Counted from the first letter of the stretch, positions 38,580 through 53,273 are shown. The stretch: 64,000 nucleotides of DNA from Takakia lepidozioides (GCA_030704615.1 CM060731.1:55986001-56050000); one strand, 5' to 3'. Notes: a model not told the origin generated them from the sequence alone. Numbers and translations are program-made.

Positions 38580-41500
38580 CATGTCTCTTCCCTTCCCCAT
38601 GCAGATTGCGTCTTAATTTTGCATGCTCCCACGCCGTCCCTGTCACCTTTTGACGGCGCTCTCCAAGCTGCAGTCCCGCGCTCTGTATGCTCTTGCGATC
38701 TTTTGGAATTCCTCTCCTCTTAGTTTTCTGTGCCCGCCTGCAACCCTCCTACCCCTGCTGTCAGGCCCGCTCTGCTGCCTTCCTTTATCTCGCCGCCCTT
38801 GTTCTATCTCTGTTTATATACCCTTTGCTCCTGATCCCTGCTGCTGCCGATCTGTCTCACCTGCGCATTAGGTGCGCCGCCCCCACCTTCGTGCGTCGTT
38901 CTCCACCCCGCCTGCAGCGTTTATGGTCCTCTTCTGCTTGGGTGTAGTTTCTGCCCCTCTCCTGCTTGGGTGGCCGCAGCGTGCTCTTTATTGCCCATTT
39001 CGGCTCCGCCTCAGGTCTATTCATTTCCCAGTGCTGCGGATCTTCAATTTGCTGCAGCGCTGGTCTCCAGCTCCCCCCTGGCTCTTGGATTCAGCTTCGG
39101 CTGGCCTGCTGGCGGCTTTCTCTTCTTAAGGTGACCTAGTCCCCATCCCTCGCCTCATCTCATTGTCTGTTCTCTGTCCCTTCCTTGGTAGCCGTTTGTT
39201 GTGTGTCTCGCCCACCCCAGTCTGCCATGGCCTCTCGCGGTGCTCCCCGCAAAAAACGATCGGGCTCTGGGTCAAGTGTTCGTGGTAGAGGCAGCTGGAT
39301 CCCCAGCGCATCAACTTCCAATCCGGCCCCTCCATTTTGGGTAAGGGTCCGGAACCTAAGGCGGTCATGCATTCGGTGGACTTGGCCCCATGGGCTGAAT
39401 TGGTTGCCCCAGATGCGAACTCGCAAGATGTCATTCCCATGGACATGGATTGTCTCAGAGCCCACTCAGAGAAGATGAAGCAGCACGGCATCCTAGTCCA
39501 CTTCCCTGGGCGGCCCAAAGACAAAGAATGGGCTCGAAAGTGGGTGATCGAGCATTTAGGAGCGGAAGGCTTACACACCATTTCTGCCACTCTATGGGAA
39601 GGGGGTTCTATACGATCAAGTTTGGTTCAAAGGAGGACGCTGATCGGGCACTGCAATTCAACACCCGCAAATCCAGGTTTCGGGTACACTTCTTTCCATG
39701 GACACCGGCATGGGGGCACAAGGACTGTGCAACTTGCAAACCCCGTATCATTGCGCTCCCCTTCCTCCCTGACAACTATCTGGCGTCGCTCCCGGAAATT
39801 GGAGCCCACTTTGGCTCCTACATAGGCAGCCTTAACGTTTTTTATCCTATAGATGATGCGGTGCTTAGCGTCGACCAGGACCCCTCCATTTTTGATGCTA
39901 ACAGAGACAGTGGGGTGCCCAAAATCGTCGTTATGATGCCAGATGCTGCTAAGATCGGATTGGCAATCAAGCTTCCTACGCTAGATGGATCATTCATCTC
40001 GATTCAAATACAGGAGGAGGTTCTGAGTATTATTTGCTATGGATGTAATGGTGAAGGACACGTCAAAGCAGACTGTCCTCACAAAGACAAAGGCGAGTCC
40101 AAACATGTGGAGATGGCCCCCGTTCCTGCTGCCGCACCTATGATCACCATCAGAGATACCAGTCACCCGGAGTCTCCATCACGCTCCTTGAACACCAACA
40201 CTGCTGCCGCCACGGCCTCTCTTCCTTCGCTGCACATGCTCCTTGATGGACGAGCCGCCAAACGGAAGAGGACAGGATCGCCCTCCGTGTCCTCTCCACC
40301 ACCACGCCTTCGGCTGGTGCTGCTGCCTTGGGACCAGGGAAGCCCACCTCCTCACCACCCCCCGCTGTGTTTGATTTCAGTCCTTTGTCCAACTCGCTAG
40401 AAGACCCTCTCATAAACCTTGCCACTAGGTGCTTGGAGCTCAGGTCCTTCGCCCATGTCAGACTTAGTGATTGGACCCCGGACAGTGCGGTGCGCAGGAG
40501 CTTGGCGGTGGTAATTAAGGTCACACCTATCATCTATATGTGGTCTCATTACTGGACCTGCTAACCCCCCCTCCATACTCCTAACCAATGGGCCTGAGGG
40601 TTTAGAAGGAGCGTGGATCACATCCCATCATGCTACTTATTATTCTCCCTCCATGGAAGTTGAACTGGCGCTCAAGCTAGTTGGCACCATCATTGCAGAG
40701 CAGCCTTTCCACTTCCAGCTTTCCAATGACACCACGGTGCATTTTGGAGCATTATGGGAAAACTGTGCAGATTTTGATTCGGCCTCCACTGTCCACACCC
40801 TTCTTGCGATTAGGTGCAGGGAGGACATCGTGAAGGATGCTGGAACGGCAAGAGCATTCGACTGGCTCAGCAGGAAAGAACTCTTCAATGGAACAGCAGG
40901 GGGCTTTCCAAGGAGCAGCAATGTGCTTTTGGCGGGGTTTACATTGCTGAATGCCATCATGGGGGTTGCCACTTCACCAGCCCCATTGCCCTCATCGCGT
41001 ACAGCAGCAGAGGTTGTCATAGAAGGGCTTGTATGTTCAGGGGCAGATCTATGTTGCCCAGGGATTAGGAATGGCTCAAGTCTGAGCTCAGTTATGCTTG
41101 CCTATTGTGCTGTGTGAGTTCTCCATGGCATCATATTACACCTGACCTAATATATGGCTTGTGGGGTTGGCTCTGGCAGGTTAATCCAGGACACACGTTG
41201 ATGGATTTGCAGCAGTTTTTATTGGACGCACCTGAGACATGTTTTTACACATGTTATGACCTTATAATGAATGCCTCTGGTGTGTGCTACCATTTGGCTG
41301 AATACCTTTAGATTGGTGACGTTGCTGATGTGGCTGCTGGGAGTTGTTCCTTGGAGATGGTCCCTGGTAAATACATGACCTCATTCTGAACCAATGTTAC
41401 TGCAGTATATGTGATTTAACAGTTTTTGCCCAAATCAGGTAAGCATGTGGTCACAAAATAAGCAACCAAGATGGCGAGGCTCTCTCCGCTCTCTCCAACC

Positions 41501-44500
41501 ACTATGGTAAGCAATGCTTACTCTGCTTACCCCATATCGCCCGGCTGTTTTCCCGTCATGTCCACCGTCTACTGTCAGCTCTGGCTATCATAGCATCTCT
41601 AAGATACCCTCTACTTGCTGGGCATTTTGCGAGGATTGAGACTAATCATAAAAGCCTTTGGAAAAATCTCCTAGCTGCCATTCGTTGGTTTTTAGGTTTT
41701 CAGTCTTGCTCTGCTGCTCTAGCTCTTCTTTGGGTAAAAAGAAAGGAAAAAAATGAAGGACTGGCCATCTGGGACAAACTCCCTTGGATCTTTCATCTTG
41801 CTCTCTCATGACAGAAATCTGGTCCAACTCCCATGCTATCATTTCGAGAAAGCCTCTCGAGCCCTCTCTATAACTCTGATGTTATTAGATCTTGGAACAT
41901 AAGGGGGATAGGGTCTGATACCACTGCCCCAAAAAGGTCCAGGCTTAAAAGATGGGCTGCTCCATTCCTATCTGACAACTCCATCATTTTCTTACAAGAG
42001 CATAAGCTTAGTGATGCTAAAATTGCCTCTCTTGGTCAGATGCTTTGGCCCTCTAACCTGGCTTGGTGGAATAGAACTGTGGAGAGCTCGCACGGTGGAA
42101 TGGCGGTGTTGATATCCCCAAATTTGGCCTCCCACATATCCAATGTGCATACCTGGAGGACTGGCAGAGCCCAATTTGGTCTGCTTACAATACCGGGTTC
42201 GGGTATTAAGATTGGCTTTGTTAATATTTACGCTCCTAATGTCTTGGCTGATAGGATTGAATTTTGGCACATGCTGCAATCTAAAATCCTTCTTTATACG
42301 GATGTGGACCAATGGATTTTGGCTAGTGACTTCAATATGACGGACTGACCTATGGATAGGCTTGATCTTCCTCCTCCAGCCTCTCACCTGAGGAGTATAA
42401 TGCATGGGAGTCCATGTGCTTATCTGTTGGCCTCGTTGACATCTCCATTCCTGAGCCCTAACAATCTTTGTTTCACCTGGTCTAATTGCAGGTCCCCCCC
42501 TGATTTGGTTATGGCTAGGCTTGACAGGGTCTACTGCACATGTGGCATTGTGCCATGGGCCAAGACCCCCCCCCTTGGGGCCGGTGTTACCTGATTTTGA
42601 CCACTCTGAGATTAGCTCCCTCTTTTCTGCTCACTCTAGAACGAAGGGTAGAGGATATTTTAAACTTAACCCTTCTATGTTTAAGTCCAAAGAAAGAGTG
42701 GATTTATTAGCGCAGGTCTGGTCTGCTGCTGGCAATGCATATGAATCACCCACGCTCAAATTCCTTGCTAAGCTGGAGGCAACTCGAGCCAGAGCTCAAG
42801 AGCTTTCTAGAGAGCTGGCTCTGGCCCTTTCGCAAAAAGAAAATCTCTCCTCAAGTGTCTTCGCCTTTGTCAGCAACTTCTAGAAGATAGAGATGAAGGG
42901 CCCTGTACTCTAGCCAACTATAATAAGGCTAAATTTAATCTATGGAGCTATAGGCAAGATAAGGAGAATTATTTGCGTCTTAAAGCTGGTGTCAACTGGT
43001 CCCGCAAGGGAGAGAAGATGACGAAGTACTTTTTGGTTAAAACTAAGCAAAGAAGATTGGTATTTTCTATTGCCTCTCTCACCAGGCCTGATGGCTCTGT
43101 CTCCACTCCCAAAGAGATGGCCCAAACTGCTGAAATGCATTTTGCCTCTCTGTTCTCAAAAAGACCCAAATCTGTTGAAAGGGAGCAAGGTGCTCAATCC
43201 ATTCTTCCTTCGGTCCCGACACTTCTAGATGATGTAGAAAAAAAGGACTTGTCTTCCCCTCTCACTGCGTCTGAGTTGGCCTATGCCTTATACTCCATCA
43301 AGCTTGGAAAAGCGCCAGGGCTAGATGACTACAGAGCGCTGAAATGCATTACAGTTTTAGTTTTATGACTTTGTAGTAATGGATATCACTAGATCCAATT
43401 GACCTTTTCAACGCATTATGGCAAACTATAGAGGAAGATTTTGTGGCTCTAACAAATGATATCCAGGCAAAGGGTATAATGCCATCCCAAATGTCAGTGG
43501 GGCTGATAACTCTGATCTTTAAAAAAGAAGACGGGGATGCTGTCCAACTATCGTCCTATTACTGTTTTAAACACGACATACAAGATCATAGCGAAAGCTT
43601 TGGCTCTAAGGCTTCAACCTCTAAGGCTTCAACCAATTCTCTCCAGGATCATCAGACCTGAACAAACGGGATTTCTAAAGGGCAGAATGATTTTAGATAA
43701 CCTGCTCCTCTGGTTAATGAGGCCATGCACCCGAGCAACTTTTAGCAATTCTTATGCTAGATTTCGAGAAAGCTTTTGATAACATTGATTGGGATTTTCT
43801 CCACAAGGTGTTGGACAAAATTGGTATGCCTGCTTCCTTCTCTAAGTGGATTCGCATTCTACTAAGCTCAGCGTCGAGCAAGGTGGTGGTGAACGGAGCA
43901 ATCTCCAAGCCTTTCGCTCTGCATAGATCTGTAAGGCAAGGCTGCCCCTTGGCCCCTTACCTTTTCCTTATTGTTGCTGATGCGTTGGGGCATTATCTGG
44001 AGGCTAGACAGGACATTGTGGGCCTTGCTGGGGGGAATGGCTCTTCTGTCAAACTTTCTATGTATGCAGACGACACCACTCTGCTCTTGAACAACGAGTG
44101 TCAAGGCAACATCTACAGGGCTCAAGAAGCATTGCAGCTCTTTTGCACCGCCTCTGGCCTAAAAGTGAACTGGAACAAGTCGGTTGGTCTCCTCACAGAG
44201 CTTCCTCCCAACTCCAACAAAAGGCATGTCCCTCAATGGGGACAAAATCTTGGATTGAGATGGCTTAGACCTGGAGAGACGCACACCCAGCTGGGATTCC
44301 AGGTTGGAATTGGTATAACTGAGGAGCAAAGATTTGAGCCCATCCTCCAAAGGCTGCGGAACAAGATCGCTTTCTGGAGCTCCGCGATGCTCTCCATAGC
44401 AGGTAGGGCGCTCGTCCTGAACCAAATTCTCCTTGCCTCAATATGGTTTGCAGCATCGGTCTGGTCGCCTGGTTGTAAGCTGATTGCTAAAATTAAGGCC

Positions 44501-45850
44501 TTGATGAGGAACTTTCTATGGGGAGCCTCCCCCACATCTCCTTCCAAAAGAGCCTTAGTCTCCTGGTCCCATATGTGTAGGCCTAAAAAGGAAGGTGGCC
44601 TAGGGCTGATTGACCCCTCCCTTCAGATTAGTGCTCTTCTTGCGAAATGGATTCCCAGAACACTCCGACTAGGGGATAGTCCATGGTGCACTCTGGTCAG
44701 GGAACATCCCATAAGAACCACGCCATCTGGTTCTACGATGTGGATGCCCGCTCTGAAGTGGATGGTGCAAGGGCCTTTAAAAATCCAAAAGCAAGGGTTC
44801 AGAGGCGTGGAACTCCATCTGGGCTGCGTGGAATTCCATCAGACCGTATCTCCAGCAGACAAATGCAACCTGCTTTGAGGAAGCCATTTGGCAGCCTCTA
44901 TTTGGGAATCGGAATCTGAACTATGAACCCCTGTCCACATGGAGTAAAAAATGGGCTATTTGGGAATCCAAGGGACTTTCTCACGTGGCCAACGTGTAGG
45001 AAAATGGTGCATTCCTCGATCCTCACCTGCTTGCTCCGCTTCTCAACTCCTCCTCCATTCGCAGTGGATGGGAGCATGTTAAACAAGGTATTTGTAATAT
45101 CATACCTATGCTCACAAAAGGTGGAAGCACTGCTAGCGACCTTCCCTGTTGGTTTGGCACAGCTACGAGAGACTCTTATTTTGCCCTCTTAGCCATTGAA
45201 ACGACTAACTCTCGCTGGGTGGGACTGTTGTTTAAGCCTTTACCAAATGGGACTCTGGCGTTTCTTGGAACATGGGAGATGAAACACGAAGACAGTTACC
45301 GTATCAGGGTCATGGAGATTCAGACAGGAAATCCAAATCCTAAGCCCCCGCCAGGAGATGAGATATGTTGGGCTTCAAAAACTCCCCTGCTTTGGTTCAA
45401 ATGTTTTCCCCTGAGCAGGCTCCAGATGGACCCCGGTGAATGGATATGGAATGATAATCTACAAACACCTTTTATGGGGTACACTGTGAAAATGGGTTAC
45501 AAGCTGTTGTTGGGGAAAGCATGTTCATTAACAAATGGAACACAATGTGGGGTTTGAGTATGCAGGCTCATAGCTGGAACAGGTTTGGAAAGATATCTGG
45601 GCCAACCAGGGATCGGCCAAAGTAAGTGCATTCTTGTGGAAAATTGCAAATCGCATTCTCCCGGTCAAAAATTACATCTCCGATCCTGATCTTTCGTGCA
45701 TGATTTGCAATGGGGGCCATCAAGAGACGATTGAACACTGTTTGCTCTCCTGCCCCCTTGCCTCCAGAGTTTGGTTCCACATCACCTCTTTTTTCGCCAA
45801 TTGGGAGGTTGTCCCTGCTCTATCTCCCACTCTGTTATTAACACAATTTT
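38580..45850 (+). mobile_element. L1-type LINE (copy B), near full-length but degenerate: ORF1, endonuclease, RT, zf-RVT
   Basis: ORF1 has the knuckle CYGCNGEGHVKADC. EN motifs: SWNIRG, FLQEHK, NIYAPN, SDFN, RLDR. RT motifs: NYRPITVLN, LDFEKAFD, VRQGCPL, YADD. The C-terminus reads CMIC..ETIEHCLLSC. The 5' end is approximate. Confidence 0.9.
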
Positions 45851-45868
45851 AAGTAAATTTGGACTTAA

Positions 45869-46691
45869 CCCTTAAGTTCCCAAGCGACCTGAATGGGGTC
45901 ACTTTGAATTTGCAACTCGACCTAATTTTTGCAGATCTAATCTGATGGGGCCCACTCCTGAAGCTTTAATGACAAGGGATTTGTCTCGAGTATGATGAAA
46001 AAAACAAAATTAAGAAAAAACAAAAGCTGCGACTTACAAAAAATATCTTAGATCTCTCATTTACGTTTTGGGGCCTGAAAAGGGCTATTGACCGCTGACT
46101 CGGCAGGTAAACAAGCCCAAAACAGATTGCACTCCAAAGGCCATTTTTGGCAGAAAATTAGCAATTTTGGAAAAAGCACTTCACCTTGTGGTGTGTGAGC
46201 ATTACATACACACATCCACCGTTGGCTTTTAAAAAATTTGTAGAAAAAAAAGTACTTCATTTGGAGGCAAATTTTCTGTTGTCAATTTTGAGATTTCAAC
46301 CCCCATGTAATTGCATGAATAGCAACTATAGGTGAAAAAATCAGTTGGACCTGCAATTTAGTGGGGTCATAGCCACTCCACTATTGATTTGGAAATGGTG
46401 GGTCTTGGGGCAAGCAAAATTGGAGAAAGCTAGGTTTTGATTTGGTCAAACCGATTTCTTTCTCACTTTTTCTTTGGGACCTGATATTTGAGGTCCGGGC
46501 CAACACTATAATCTCACAATTTCCACGGTGGACTTGGCTCATTTTTTGGTATGTCATGCATAAATGAGCTGGGCCCATTGCTATAAGGTTGGAATCTGTG
46601 GATGATTTTTGGTAGGTTTCTAGGGGCAATTTACTGCAGCTGGGTACCCAAAATTGGTTAAAAGTCAAAAAAGGGCTTGGGAACTTAAGGG
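45869..46691. mobile_element. Non-autonomous piggyBac-like TIR element (823 bp)
   Basis: TTAA at 45865-45868 and 46692-46695 flanks perfect 17-bp TIRs CCCTTAAGTTCCCAAGC. No transposase inside. Confidence 0.7.
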
Positions 46692-46889
46692 TTAAGTTTG
46701 GTCCAGAAATAAGAAGAAATATCTTAATATGTATATTTTAAATCATTTAAATGAATTAAAATGGTACAAATTAAATATAAATATAAATAATTGTTTATCT
46801 ATTAATATGTAATATGAGCAATGAAGAAACATTATGTATAAACTTCATGGACAAATCAGTACATATTTGGCTCATAAAGCAACTTCCAT

Positions 46890-47355
46890 TGTTTACTCGA
46901 CGTTTAGTAATAGTTGAATGAGATAAATTGGATGATGAATTGAACCACGCCATGTTTTGAGGTTGAACCAAAATATTTTCACAAGGCAGCTCATAAATGA
47001 ACTTCGAATGTTCACTCGTTTCGTAAGTCTGGTTGAATGGAGATAAATTTGAGGATGTATTGAGCCACGCCAAGTTTTGAGGTTGAACCAAAATATTTTC
47101 ACAAGGCAGCTCATAAATGAACTTCAAATGTTCACTTGTTTAGTAAGTCTGCTTGAATGGAGATAAATTGGAGGATGTATTGAGCCACGCCAAGTTTTGA
47201 TGTTGAACCAAAATATTTTCATAAGGCAGGTCATAAAAAACCTTCCACTGTTCACTCGTTTAGTGAGTCTAGATGAATGGAGATAAATTGTGTTATGTAT
47301 TAAGTCACGTCAAGTTTTGAGATTGAAGCAACATATTTTCACAAGGCAGCCACAA
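46890..47355. repeat. 120-bp tandem repeats (~4 copies)
   Basis: agataaatt at 46921, 47041, 47161 and 47281. ttgaaccaaaatattttca also recurs. Confidence 0.85.
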
Positions 47356-48924
47356 ATACCAATGAAATATGTGAACCGAACATGGCAGAATGACAGAATA
47401 CCACGACATGAAAAGAAAGAGAATGGGGAGACATTGATGATAAGAAGCAATGTTTTATTTCGGAACCATGTCAATCTGAATAAGTCTCGTCCTGCGGCAT
47501 GGACCAATACAAGTAACCTAAACCATTTCAATGAGAGTATCAACTTCGAGAAGGAGGGCTGAACTCCTGTCATAACACAAGACAATGTCGGACGACGTAC
47601 TTATGGTGAAAATACTTTGCGGAAGGCCATTTCCCAAAATCACGAAATATCGATAAGGATGGAGGGAACATTATAAAATCTCCGTGCCTTGTTCCAAAGC
47701 TTTTCATTCGGCCAAGATTGAAAAAGTCCCTCAAATGTTGTCTCGGGTATCGTGGATATGGTGTTGACCTCACCAAAATATTGTCCTCCAAGAATACGTC
47801 AATGAACAACGTCTCGTGCTAAGATGGAAGTTCAGCCGTACTTCTCCAAGAATTCGTGGGTCTTGCTGACTTTGAGTAAACCGTGAAGAAGATAGAAAGA
47901 AACAGGTGAATAAATAAGAGGGAGGATGCTCCTGGACCTAGGCGTGATCACGAAAGGCCGAACTTCGAAGTACGCGCGATCGCGCGAAGATAAACTGTTG
48001 TTTGCAACCGTTTACAATCAACCTCGAAGATGTTGTCAGTTGGTCGGAGTTGTATTCTGCATGAATCCAAAGATACTTCTCACAAATTAAAAAGATGGAA
48101 TTTACATTGTTTGTACAATCCACATGGGGCCAAATGTGACGATCGTCGTGTTTGATTGAATTGCATATTATGGAACCCGTATTCAGTCACAGACGTCGAT
48201 CGTATCAGTTGGTCCCCATTGGATTATTGAAACAATGTAAAATTGTTCACTTTAAATATGTCGAAGTACTTTGAATAGGTGCACAATCTGTTTCGAACCT
48301 CATGACAACATCCTCGGTGTGGATTGAATACATAACACAATTCGATGGACAATTCTCCAGCCTCCATCCTGATCTGAATCAGCCACCATTTACAACGTAG
48401 TAATCTATTTTTTATAGCAAGAGTTAGACTGTTGTGCCATGCCAGCGCCACATTGGAGATTCCAAGGAAGTACGCGCGATCGCGCGAGTTACATCTCAAA
48501 CTAACATGAACTCTAGTCGATTACAGGGCATGTTGGTTCATGCAGTTGTATATTCCCTGGAGGTAAAATGGTTAATCAACTGTGAAATACATCAATTCAT
48601 CAATAAAATAGAATTTCCTCCCAAACGGCTCACAGTCAAGGCATATGTGCGAGATCGACGTTTGTTACAACTGCTTGCAGAAGTCTGTGCACCCGATCTA
48701 ATGGATACAGTCGGAGAATGATCCAACATATGACCAGTAGAGTTAGTGGAACCTGTCATTTCTGACCTTGGAGACCTAAAAGCTTCGCGTTCCCTCCGCT
48801 CCGATATCCTTTGCCGTTTTTCTCTCTTCTCCAATCGAATTTCATTCTAAACTTGACACTTTACTGTGCGGAAGCAACACAGTCAGGAATTGTTAATGAA
48901 ATAATCAATGCAAACATTGATTTC

Positions 48925-49735
48925 TCAACAGTCATGTCGAGTGAAATCAGGTCTATGTACAAATGTATTGTTTGTAGCAATGATAGACAACGCACAGAAT
49001 ACAGAAGAACGCATAGACGTTAGAGTACATACCGAGATAATCGGGTTCTTTTTGCGGTGGGTGCCAAACACAAGGATCAACATATCTTCTGTACCAAGAC
49101 CAGTGATCGTGATTTCGGTGTAAAGGTGGGAGGGATGATTCGCAGAGTTGTGTTTGACATAATCAGCAACGGACGAAGCTCCAACCATGCCCGAGAGATA
49201 AGGCCACAATACTTTAGTGAGGTCAACCGAATCTTCATCAGTATTTGATTCCCTGAATGTGATTGGGAAGACTCCAGTATTCAAAGGGTTTCTGAGTGCC
49301 TTGGATGGGTCGTCATCCACCAGGAGAATCTGCCCCAGCCTCGCAAAATCTTTTCCCGAGAATTTCACGAGAATACTGTTAATGTCTTTAAGAAAATATT
49401 TCATTCCTGGTTTAATATGTCCACCTGTGTCTTTGCAATGCTCGACAAACCAAATGAAGCAAAATTCTTTGATAATGTCCGGGGGAACAAAACACTCCAA
49501 CATCTTGAATACAATATCCCTCTCAGCACAGGACCAAATCGCAACATGAAAATGTGTCAATGCCAGTCTAAGAAACTCCGGCACTCCAGGTCTTGGAACT
49601 ACAAACGGTTGTGCGGGAACACGAATTGTAATATTCCTAAGGTGGAATCTTTGTTTAAACAACTCACCTCCTGTAGGATGTGAGCCGGCAGCACAAAAGA
49701 CCATTGACACTCAATACCAGCAACTTCCGTTTATG
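48925..49735 (-). pseudogene. FCP1/NIF (HAD-type CTD-phosphatase-like) domain, copy 1, frameshifted
   Basis: KRKLLVLSVNGLL (degenerate motif I), RPGVPEFL, FHVAIWSCA, YFLKDI and LLVDDDPSKALRNP. Confidence 0.6.
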
Positions 49736-51578
49736 ATTGCGGACAGAGCACGTGGGTTGGGATACAATGTTCTGCACCTTCCCAAATAAACCATATTTCT
49801 CGGCAATTTGACTGAAATATACAGTGCGTCTGAATACAAAATAACATCAATGAAGGACCATCTTACGTCTGCTTGCCACAAATAATATCTTGGTTATCGT
49901 ACAATGAAAGAACTAATTTATGAACAGAAGGAGACCAAATAGCAGTATCTGGTGGTACGGTGTTACCGAAACACAAAACTTCAAACACGCGCGATCACGC
50001 GAGGTTCGTGTTCGACGACGGTCCTCACAGAATACTGAATTTCCGTATCGCTATCCGTAGCAAGACAGGACATGGAGAACAATAGAGCTGAAGGAGACAA
50101 GTTTTACCTTTGCAGGATTGACCTTTGGCTTCTTGGAAGGGTTGCAAAAGGATAGAGCCGAATGGTGAAGGGATAGCACGACGTTGGAAGCTGTTCTTTC
50201 AAACATCACCGTCTTCAAAGGGAGGTGACTCTGATGTTTCATTGACGCTACATGATCAGGAACTGTAGGCGGTCGGGGAAATACTGAACCATTCATCGAT
50301 CTGGCCGGTGTAGCCACCTCGCCCTGTGAACGGGTAAGTGCCATAACGTTTTCTCTGACCGTCGACAACGGAACTCGGTTCCTTAAGTTCTGCACATCTT
50401 GAATTGATTTCCAACGGAAAAAAAAGATTACCTTGAAATACTACTCCACTGAAGTTGTCACTTCACAGGAAGGTCAGGTTGTTGGTTTCTGGCCTGGAGT
50501 AAAGAAAGAAAATCAAAGGATGAGTAGAAGTTCAGGAAAACAATAAGACGAAAGGAGATAATTGAATTTAATCACCTGATTTCTCAGCATCTAAGGTGTC
50601 CAACCCTCGCGATCAGGCGACGCTCTAGGAATGAAGGCGTGCCGAGGACGCAAGGCAACGATAGGGGCTCCATCCGGAACCTGTATTGAGGGCGAACCAG
50701 GAGGGTGTCCTATGATATCTGCAACTGAAAACTCAAGAGTAGAGGTCGGCTCCATTGAGGACCCCGAATAACTTGGGATTGCATTTTGTGATTCATTCCC
50801 ACATTAGTGAAAACCTCCTCTCTGGTAACTGTGGACCCACCATTGGACATGTTCAGCCTCAAAACAGTCTCGGAGGTACATAAGGTCCGGGATTCACCGG
50901 GTGGAATTGATGACCGTGAACACAAGATGTTGTCAGCACCCTTGATACCGTCTGATATGGTCATGTGCAAATCGTCAACAATGTCAGTAGAACTAGTTTC
51001 CGCAAGAAGATCCGCTTTGCCAGAATGGGAAACATATGGAATTGTCGAAACCAAAGTGAATATTGTATCATCAATCGGAAGACAACCAGAGGATGAACCT
51101 CGCGCGATGACTCGAGGTTCCTTTAACAAGCGGTCAAAATACGAATCGGGGAGATAATGGAAAATGATGGACAGACAAAGGACACTTAGAGACTGTTGGG
51201 AATTCAAATCGACAGTGTTGCAGTTATTGGAACAAAATGTCAACATAAGACTGTCTTCCATAGACTCCTCTCTAGATATTGAAAAGCAATCTGAGTCCAT
51301 AGTATTCCATGAATATTTACTTATCCCTCACTCGCAAATCACGATATTCGGAATTGGCTACGTAGTCAAGAATAAGCTTAAATTTTGGATCCTGCGCATT
51401 GTACGGTGGATAGCCTATCCTCCGTGCAGCGAGGAAACTCGAGACATTCTCGAACTTCAGGAAGCTAAGCAAGAACATCCTACGTTTGAGAAAGAAGGAA
51501 CTGTCGATGTCGATGTTCTCAAAAGTCTTGAGGAGAAGACATGATCCAGGAGGGTTCAACAAGCACTTCAATGCAGTG

Positions 51579-52020
51579 TCAGCAATCAGCAGAGTCAGCA
51601 ATCAGCAGAGTGTTACACTGATTGTATATCCCTCCAAATCTCTGCCAAACTTTTATGAGTGGTTTTAGAAACAGGGGAGGTTGGTCCTGCCCGGCTCGGT
51701 AATTGGGGTGTACATTGTTTGGGCAAGTGATACAATCTTCTTGCGACAATACCATCTCCGGCCGTGGAAGACCACGAAGGAGAAAATCCAGAACGGGAGT
51801 TAGGTTTTTTAGCAACATGTAGCTCCATATACCTAAAATAAAATGCTTGTGCAAATCCTGCCAAACTTCCCGGTACGACTCCCTTCTAAAAATTTGCCGA
51901 TACCCAACAATAGCAGGAATGCTGTAATCTATTTCGGAAAACCGTGGAACAACGCCTGTGCTTTGGCGCTTCACAATTTTGCACAACACTCCATGCACGT
52001 CAAATATTATCAATCAGGGT
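51579..52020 (-). pseudogene. FCP1/NIF-like domain, copy 2
   Basis: IIFDVHGVLC, FILGIWSY, LSQEDC, FLKPL and NTLLIAD. Confidence 0.5.
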
Positions 52021-52299
52021 CCTTTGGCGGGTGGAGACCCAGGCTGTCGGATCTATGAATGAATGATAGAGAATGCTTGACTTCATTACAATTACTTTGA
52101 CGTCTGCATATTTCAGTGTGTACAATGGCTTGTCGTGCGCATACATATCGCTACACAACTACATCGCTGTCCAAAACCACACAACACATGTGCACACCAC
52201 ACACTAGTATACCACTAGTCCAACCACTAGGCTACAACTAGTCAGTCACTAGGCTCCCACTATGCTGCCCACTATGGCAGTCACTAGTCCACACAATCC

Positions 52300-53273
52300 A
52301 ATCCGTATGCAGTTGAAAGAGACGCCCCCTGATAGGTCATCTTAGGATAGGCGCCGAGGTCAACCTCGCCTTGAGCTCTTGAAAAGCTCGTTCCTGCTCA
52401 TCTTCCCACTCCACTCCTGGTCCACCTTGGTCAGCTTGGTTTAGAGCCTTTGCAATGGTACTAAATCCCTTGACAAACCGTCTATAATAATTTGCGAACT
52501 CGGCTCACATCCGTGGGGCGTGGAATTTGTGCAATGGCCTCTACCTTAGTCTGCTGTACCCCCAATCCTCTAGGATATATCATGTGACCCAGATACTCAA
52601 TCTGGTTGTGGAAAAACTTACACTTCCCCGGATGCAACTTCAATCCGTGCGCTCTCAAGCGCTCTAATACCACCTGAAGGTGTCTCTCATGCTTCTCCAC
52701 CGTAACACTAAAGATGATGATGTCATCTATGTAGCACCAAGCAAAGTTCACCCCTGCTAGAATCCTATCCATGACTCTCTGAAACTTTGCAGGAGCATTC
52801 TTAAGCCCAAATGGTAAGAACCACCACTGATATAGGCAATCCTTGCCATGCTCATTGATCCCCTAGAATGTCGTCTTCTGCTTGTCCGCCTCCTTGATTG
52901 GCAACTGGTGATATCCGGATCGTAAATCCAAAGTGCTAAAGACCTTAGCATGCCCGATGACATCAAATATCTCCTCTGGTGTTGGCATGACATACTTATC
53001 GGACTTGGTCTGACGATTTACAGACCGGTAATCACCGTACATACATCTCTCCGTCCAATTGCCATAGACATCCTTCTTGGCTGGCATCACTGTGGCTGAA
53101 GCATACTCTCCACCAGAGAACTCCACCAAACTTGCCTCCCAGAGATCTTGAGTCCTCATCTGAATCAAAGACCTCTCCATGTCACTGTATCTATAGGGTC
53201 TCCGAAAGATTGGCGTGTCAGTGGCCAACTCAATACGGATCTCTTGACCCTTCAGTGCTCCCAAGTTCTTCAA
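52300..53273 (-). pseudogene. Ty3/gypsy reverse transcriptase (frameshifts and stops) and start of RNase H
   Basis: DYRSVN, FSTLDLRSGYHQL, LPFGLKNAP, CYIDDIIIFS, KCKFF..YLGH and FQLHTD. Confidence 0.9.
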
